Positions 14,755 through 19,048 of a stretch of 19,048 nucleotides of DNA are shown here, one piece after another. The notes under the pieces were generated by a model, which saw only the letters and a program-made list of their open reading frames with translations, made no database searches and was not told the origin of the DNA. Origin of the DNA: Cyanobacteria bacterium RYN_339. Lineage in GTDB: Bacteria; Cyanobacteriota; Sericytochromatia; S15B-MN24; JAQBPE01. The stretch covers positions 1 through 19,048 of the forward strand of contig JAQBPE010000315.1 in the NCBI GenBank assembly GCA_028287685.1, read 5' to 3'. The position numbers and the translations under genes were made by a program. The stretch's first letter is position 1, and each line of letters starts with the position of its first letter.

Positions 14755-16260
14755 ATGAAGAAGTCGCTTGCCACCTTGGGCTTGCTGCTGGCGGTGTTGC
14801 TGCCGGCAGGCGCCGCGCTCGCCACCGTCGAAGACCAGGCCGGGATCCTGACGCCGGATGCCAAGGCCTCGCTGGAGAGCCAACTTGGCAACTACGGCAG
14901 CCACCGCTTCGACGTCGTCTTCGTGGACCATGTCGACGGCACGGTGGAGAGCCTCGCCCAAGTGAAGTTCCAGCAGCACCACCTGGACAAGGACGACGGC
15001 CTGATCGCCGTCGCCGTCAAGGACAAGAAGGTGGCCGTGCACCTGGGCGGCGGCTTCCAGAGCCATGGCGTGGGCACGCTGCAAATCAAGAGCCACCTGC
15101 GCTCCGACTTCTTCCCGCAGGCCAAGGCCGGCCACTTCGACACCGCCTCCGCCCAGCTGGCGCGGGGCCTCATGTCCGAAACGCACACCACCTCCACCCA
15201 GGTGGTGCAGCAGCCCCGCCAGGTGGCCCCGCCCGTCCAACACGGCGGCTTCCCCTGGGGCATCTTCTTGTTCCTGGGCCTGGCCGGCGGCGGCATCTGG
15301 TGGTTCATGCGCAACCGAAACAAGGTCAACCTCGAGCCGCGCGTGAAGACCCTGAAGGACCAGCACGCCCAGATCGTGGCCCAGGCTCTGCGCCTGGACG
15401 ACGTGGACACCCTGGGCCGCTTCCGCGAAGGCGACATGGCGGCGCAGTACAAGAAGCTGGGCCGCAAGTCGGCCGACCTGATGGCCGAGAGCCGGGACTT
15501 CGGCGAGAAGCTGATCGAGGTCGAGGCGCTCGCGAAGAAGGGCAAGAAGGAAGCAGAGCCGATGCTCCAGCAGCTGGAAGGCCGCTCCACGGGCCTGCAG
15601 TCCGAGGTGGCCGCCGCCCTGACCACGCTGGACCGGCTGGAGGGCACCTCCGGCCTGACCGGCAAGGAAGAGGACCTGCCCAAGCTGGTCTCGCGCCTGA
15701 GCCGCCGCTACCAGGAATTGAAAGATGCCTACGACGAGCTGAAGCGCCGCGCACCGTCGGGCTACACAACCGACAGCACGGTGGAGCGCCGGTTGGAGGA
15801 GGCCCAGCGCCTGCTCACGACCGTGCCGGTCGACGCCAAGGAAGCCGAGGACGTGATCCTGGAGGCCACCGATGCGCTGGAGGCCTACCGCCGCAAGATC
15901 GACGGCGAGCAGGACCGCGAAGCCATCCGCCAGGGCGAGTACCAGGGCGGCTGGGCCCAGAGCGCGGGTTATCTCCCTTATATGGCCTTGCCCGCGACGT
16001 ACCACCGGCCCTACTTCTACACCTCCTATTACGAGGAGCCCGTGGTGGTGGTCCACCATGACGTGGGTGGCGGCAGCTGGGGCTCCGACGCCGGCGGCAG
16101 CTGGGGCGACAACAGCAGCGCCGTCGATGATCGCCGCGACACTTCTGGCTCCGATGCCAGCGGTGGCTGGGGTGACAGCAGCAGCTCGTCGTCCGACAGT
16201 GGCGGTGGTGGCGACTGGGGCGGTGGTGGCGACAGCGGCGGCGGCGGCGGCGACTGGTAG
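14755..16260 (+). CDS. TPM-domain (YgcG/TLP18.3-like) membrane protein with cytoplasmic coiled-coil and Gly/Ser/Asp/Trp-rich C-terminal tail
   Basis: Signal peptide MKKSLATLGLLLAVLLPAGAALA. TPM-domain pattern VEDQAGILTPDAKASLESQL...FDVVFV...LDKDDGLIAVAVKDKKVAVHLGGGFQ...FFPQAKAGHFDTASAQLARGL. TM helix FPWGIFLFLGLAGGGIWWFM. Tail GGGSWGSDAGGSWGD...GGGGDWGGGGDSGGGGGDW. The antisense track ORF 14707..16362 is an artefact. Confidence 0.85.
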   Translation: MKKSLATLGLLLAVLLPAGAALATVEDQAGILTPDAKASLESQLGNYGSHRFDVVFVDHVDGTVESLAQVKFQQHHLDKDDGLIAVAVKDKKVAVHLGGGFQSHGVGTLQIKSHLRSDFFPQAKAGHFDTASAQLARGLMSETHTTSTQVVQQPRQVAPPVQHGGFPWGIFLFLGLAGGGIWWFMRNRNKVNLEPRVKTLKDQHAQIVAQALRLDDVDTLGRFREGDMAAQYKKLGRKSADLMAESRDFGEKLIEVEALAKKGKKEAEPMLQQLEGRSTGLQSEVAAALTTLDRLEGTSGLTGKEEDLPKLVSRLSRRYQELKDAYDELKRRAPSGYTTDSTVERRLEEAQRLLTTVPVDAKEAEDVILEATDALEAYRRKIDGEQDREAIRQGEYQGGWAQSAGYLPYMALPATYHRPYFYTSYYEEPVVVVHHDVGGGSWGSDAGGSWGDNSSAVDDRRDTSGSDASGGWGDSSSSSSDSGGGGDWGGGGDSGGGGGDW

Positions 16261-16261
16261 G

Positions 16262-16582
16262 CTACGCCCCCGCGTCGACCTGCATTCCGCGTTCGGCCCA
16301 AGCTTCCCAGCTCTCGAAGAGCTCGACCGAGGGGAGGCTGGGGCTGACTTCGCGTTGGCCACTCCACGTCAGGTGCACCACGGCCAACGACCGCGCATGC
16401 CCGAAGAGGGCGAAGAGCACGTCATCGCAGTCGTCCCGCCGGGCGATCGCCATCGCATGCACACCTTCCAGGTCGTGCCCCGGGCCGATCTCGCGGCCCA
16501 GTTCCGCCTCAAACGCCGGCGCTTCGCCTTGCGTGATAGCACGCCAGGGATGCAGCCAGCGGTGAGGGGTGATGTTGCTCAT
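16262..16582 (-). CDS. small hypothetical protein (106 aa), likely co-transcribed with the upstream repeat protein
   Basis: ATG 16582-16580 lies 16 bp after the upstream gene stop (16599-16601). Protein-like composition (W, F, H, D/E balanced) and high GC3 in the two sampled segments. No Shine-Dalgarno, so coupling or re-initiation is implied. Stop lies 2 bp from the convergent TPM gene stop. Confidence 0.55.
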   Translation of the reverse strand: MSNITPHRWLHPWRAITQGEAPAFEAELGREIGPGHDLEGVHAMAIARRDDCDDVLFALFGHARSLAVVHLTWSGQREVSPSLPSVELFESWEAWAERGMQVDAGA

Positions 16583-16598
16583 CGGGACAGGGAGCGTC

Positions 16599-18098
16599 CT
16601 ACCAGAACTTGAGGCTCTTGAGGCCGCTCACGATGGCGCCGCCCACAGCCTTGGCGCCGTCGGCGATCGCCCCGCCCACGGCCTTGGCGGCGTGGACGAT
16701 GCTCTCCGGCTTGATGTTCTCGAGGATCGAGGTCCCGATCGAGAGCACCGCGCCGACCTGGCTGACGATGGGGATGTTGGTGGCGGCGGCCCAGGAGAAG
16801 ACGGCCGTGGCGGTCGCCATGCCCTTCTGCCAGCCGGTGGACTTGGGGTCGGCCCAGACCTTGCCCGCGTGGTAGGTGTCGTAAGCCGCGATGGCGATGT
16901 TGACGCCAGGCGCGAAGCGGGCCAGGCCCTTGCCGGCGACCTTGGCGCCGACCTTGGCGCCCTCCTCCGCGGCGGTGCGCGCGATGGCCTCGGTGGCCAC
17001 CTTGGTGCCGGTCTCGGTGAGCTTGACGCCCGCCTTCTCCGCGGTCTCCAAGACGGCCTTGGTGGCAGCCTTGGTGCCGGTCTCGGTGCCCGTCTTGACG
17101 GCCGTTTCCATGGCTTCCTTGGCGACGCCGCCGGCCGGGTTGAAGCGCTCGAGCAGCTTCAAGGCCTTCTTGCCGGCGCCGGACTTGTTGGCCAGCTCGA
17201 CGCCACGGTCGGCGACGCGGTCCGCGACCTTGTTGGCCCAGCCGGTGGCGCGCTCGAGCTGCTTGGTGACGGGGCCGGTGATGCCCTCGGCGCGCCGCAG
17301 AGCCTTGCTGATGAAGCCCTTGGGGGCCAATTCCGGGTGCAGTTCCTCCAGCGCGCGCAGGGCCTGCTTGGTGGCCTTCTTCTCGACCGCCTCGGCGGTC
17401 TCCTTGGCGATCGCCTTCGGGATGTTCTTGAGGCCGGAACCGGTCTCGTGAGACAGGTTCTCCTTGATTTCGGCCTTGAGCGTCTTGAACTCGTGCGAGA
17501 GCTCCTTGCCGGTCTCCTTCAGGCCGCCGGCGAGACCGTGCTCCGCGACGTTCTTGAAGACGCGCTTGCCGTTCTCCGCCACAACCTCGCCGGTCTCCTT
17601 GAGGGTCTCGGCGCCCTCCTTGATTTGGTCGAAGGTCTCCTTCGCGTCCATGCCGTTCTTGAGCGGGTCGTCGATCACGCCCTGGATGGCCTTGAGGGCC
17701 TTGGAGGGGTCATGCAGCAACATCTCCGCGCCTTCGATCGCGTGGAGGATCACCTGGGGCGCGTTGGCGATCTTGCTCGCCTTGCCCAGGGACTTGTTGT
17801 CGAGCTTGTCGCCGGCCTTCTCGAAGAGCGCGCCCGCCTTGACCTCTTCTTCCTTTTCCTTCTTCTCCGCGCCTTCGGGCTTGGTCTCGGGGGTGGTTTC
17901 GCCCGGCAGGTGGATGCCGTCCAGGTTGACGTCAACGGCCACGCCCATTTCGCCCGTGCCGGTCTTCAGCTCCGCCGTGTCGCCGGCGGCGCGCTGCTGG
18001 TCGGGCGCGAGGAGCGCTTGCTCCGCGGGCAGCGGCTGCGTCGGGGCATTCCGAAGCGTGGGCGTAATCAGGTTCGGCCCGTCAATCCGCGTCGTCAT
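16599..18098 (-). CDS. K/E/A/T-rich predicted alpha-helical 11-mer-repeat protein with C-terminal glycine-zipper-like hydrophobic segment (LEA/apolipoprotein/synuclein-like architecture; uncharacterised)
   Basis: Track ORF 16599..18206(-). Start placed at ATG 18098-18096 (MTTRIDGPNLITP...) with GGGGGAA about 10 nt upstream. The 36 upstream codons look non-coding. 499 aa with no signal peptide. Repeats such as TETGTKAATKA/VLETAEKAGVK/LTETGTKVATE. C-terminus GVNIAIAAYDTYHAGKVW...VGAVLSIGTSILENIK...AAKAVGGAIADGAKAVGGAIVSGLKSLKFW. Confidence 0.7.
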   Translation of the reverse strand: MTTRIDGPNLITPTLRNAPTQPLPAEQALLAPDQQRAAGDTAELKTGTGEMGVAVDVNLDGIHLPGETTPETKPEGAEKKEKEEEVKAGALFEKAGDKLDNKSLGKASKIANAPQVILHAIEGAEMLLHDPSKALKAIQGVIDDPLKNGMDAKETFDQIKEGAETLKETGEVVAENGKRVFKNVAEHGLAGGLKETGKELSHEFKTLKAEIKENLSHETGSGLKNIPKAIAKETAEAVEKKATKQALRALEELHPELAPKGFISKALRRAEGITGPVTKQLERATGWANKVADRVADRGVELANKSGAGKKALKLLERFNPAGGVAKEAMETAVKTGTETGTKAATKAVLETAEKAGVKLTETGTKVATEAIARTAAEEGAKVGAKVAGKGLARFAPGVNIAIAAYDTYHAGKVWADPKSTGWQKGMATATAVFSWAAATNIPIVSQVGAVLSIGTSILENIKPESIVHAAKAVGGAIADGAKAVGGAIVSGLKSLKFW

Positions 18099-18192
18099 CG
18101 TGCGTGTTCCCCCATCTCTCAACTGTCTATGCCTTGGTCTTACCCCTGTCGTCGCGCCGGCTTGCGGAACGAAACAGGCTTTTAACAAAGGC

Positions 18193-18250
18193 TTGACGCG
18201 CGCCAATCAAACGGCCGGATACGTTATAATAGGTGCTTCGCGAGGATCGC
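18193..18250 (+). promoter_or_regulatory. promoter region of the LCP gene: -10 TTATAAT
   Basis: acgTTATAATaggtgc at 18224-18230, about 20 nt before ATG 18251. GAGGA at 18242-18246. TTGACG at 18193-18198 is 26 bp upstream, too far for a canonical -35. Shares the GTTATAAT-nn-GTGC motif with the TPM gene promoter at 14707. Confidence 0.4.
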
Positions 18251-19012
18251 ATGGCGCGTCGAAACCGGCGCCGGGACCCGATCAAAGGTCCCGGGGGGTT
18301 GTTCTTCTTCTGCTCCGTATGGTTGGCGGGCCTGGCAGGCCTGGCCGGCGGCTTCCTGTTCGACCAGGGCTACTGGTCGCCGCCCGAGACCCGCCCCTCG
18401 CCCCCCGGGCCGATCGCCGCCACCGCAGCTCCGCGCGGGCTGATCCCCCGCATCACCGCGCCGATGACGGTGCTGTTCATGGCCACGGACGTGGACTACG
18501 AGCTGCGCAACGGCAAGCAGATCCTGGGGCTGCGCGGCAACACCGACACCATGATCCTCGCCAGGCTGGATCCCGCCCGCAACCAGGCGCGCCTGCTCTC
18601 GATCCCGCGCGACACCCGCGTGCCGATCCCGGGCCACGGCACCTTCAAGATCAACGCGGCGAACCCGTACGGCGGGGCGCGGCTGGCCGTGGAGACCGTC
18701 TCCGGCTTCCTGGGCGTGCCCGTCGACCGCTACATGGTGATCAACACCCAGGGCGTGATCCAGCTGGTGGACGCCCTGGGCGGCGTGAACGTGTTCGTGC
18801 CGCGGCCCATGAACTACGACGACAACACCGGCAAGCTGCACATCCACCTGGACAAGGGCTGGAACCACCTCGACGGCCGCCACGCCCACGACTTCCTGCG
18901 CTTCCGCCACGACGACCAGGGCGACATCGGCCGCGTCCAGCGCCAGCAGGCCTTCATGCAGGCCGTGATGGGCCAGTATCTGTCTCCTATGAACCTCTTG
19001 AAGACGCCCTAG
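18251..19012 (+). CDS. LCP (LytR-CpsA-Psr) family cell-envelope glycopolymer transferase
   Basis: In-frame part of track ORF 18233..19012. Start ATG 18251 (MARRNRRRDPIKGPGGLFFFCSVWLAGLAGLAGGFLF: short cytoplasmic tail plus TM anchor). LCP domain motifs TDTMILARLDP, LLSIPRDTRVPIPGHGTFKINAA and GGVNVFVP. The track GTG 18233 is unlikely because it lies within or upstream of the predicted TSS. Confidence 0.8.
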   Translation: MARRNRRRDPIKGPGGLFFFCSVWLAGLAGLAGGFLFDQGYWSPPETRPSPPGPIAATAAPRGLIPRITAPMTVLFMATDVDYELRNGKQILGLRGNTDTMILARLDPARNQARLLSIPRDTRVPIPGHGTFKINAANPYGGARLAVETVSGFLGVPVDRYMVINTQGVIQLVDALGGVNVFVPRPMNYDDNTGKLHIHLDKGWNHLDGRHAHDFLRFRHDDQGDIGRVQRQQAFMQAVMGQYLSPMNLLKTP

Positions 19013-19048
19013 TTGCTGGCCGTGGCACGCGCCAACCTCGAGACGGAT

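Noticed and set aside
12414-16061. 1215-aa plus-strand ORF; likewise 14707..16362(-), 16569..18185(+), 5900..7579(+), 7728..8714(-), 8191..9756(+) and 2249..3958(-)
   Set aside because: All are antisense or out-of-frame to well-supported genes. They have extreme R/G/A/P composition, no domain signatures and no plausible starts. They arise from stop-codon depletion in GC-rich sequence.
1-19048. CRISPR arrays, transposase or integrase genes, rRNA
   Set aside because: No spaced direct repeats were found, and no protein matches transposase, recombinase or integrase motifs. The only repeat structures are the 163-bp IR element and the intragenic repeats reported above.

Overview
GC-rich bacterial chromosomal segment; coding frames show very high GC3, and many track ORFs are antisense or frame-chimeric artefacts. 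I support 17 protein-coding genes, one partial at the 5' edge. I found no rRNA, tRNA, CRISPR array, transposase or integrase. Reading 5' to 3': (1) a partial minus-strand hypothetical gene running off the window start (1-445, absent from the ORF track) with an AT-rich promoter island; (2) a galactose-mutarotase-like hypothetical gene; (3) a diverging pair of signal-peptide-bearing hydrolases, an MBL-fold HxHxDH hydrolase and an M20 peptidase, joined by a GTGA overlap; (4) a 163-bp element bounded by 26-bp inverted repeats that sits exactly between the stop codons of convergent genes; (5) a minus-strand operon of a cytoplasmic PAS histidine kinase, a LolA-like secreted protein and a CrtI/phytoene-desaturase-family FAD oxidoreductase; (6) a secreted Sel1-repeat protein whose 3' end overlaps by 64 bp the 3' end of a 4-TM intramembrane-sensing histidine kinase; (7) an ArsR/SmtB-family regulator followed by an Old-Yellow-Enzyme flavin oxidoreductase, each preceded by a sigma70-like promoter carrying the same ATATC-N10-GATAT palindrome; (8) a minus-strand operon of a flotillin-like SPFH protein with an unusual Pro/Gly-rich N-terminal extension and no membrane hairpin, an SDR oxidoreductase and a secreted hypothetical protein; (9) divergently, a TPM-domain (YgcG-like) membrane protein with a coiled-coil insert and a G/S/D/W-rich tail; (10) a 499-aa K/E/A/T-rich predicted amphipathic 11-mer-repeat protein with a C-terminal glycine-zipper-like hydrophobic segment, followed 16 bp later by a 106-aa ORF; (11) an LCP (LytR-CpsA-Psr) family protein. 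No response regulator partners either kinase. The observations I rate most interesting are the repeated ArsR operator pair, the MITE-like inverted-repeat element, and the clustering of membrane and lipid-associated proteins (SPFH, TPM, amphipathic repeat protein, LCP), including the uncharacterised repeat-protein/small-ORF pair.
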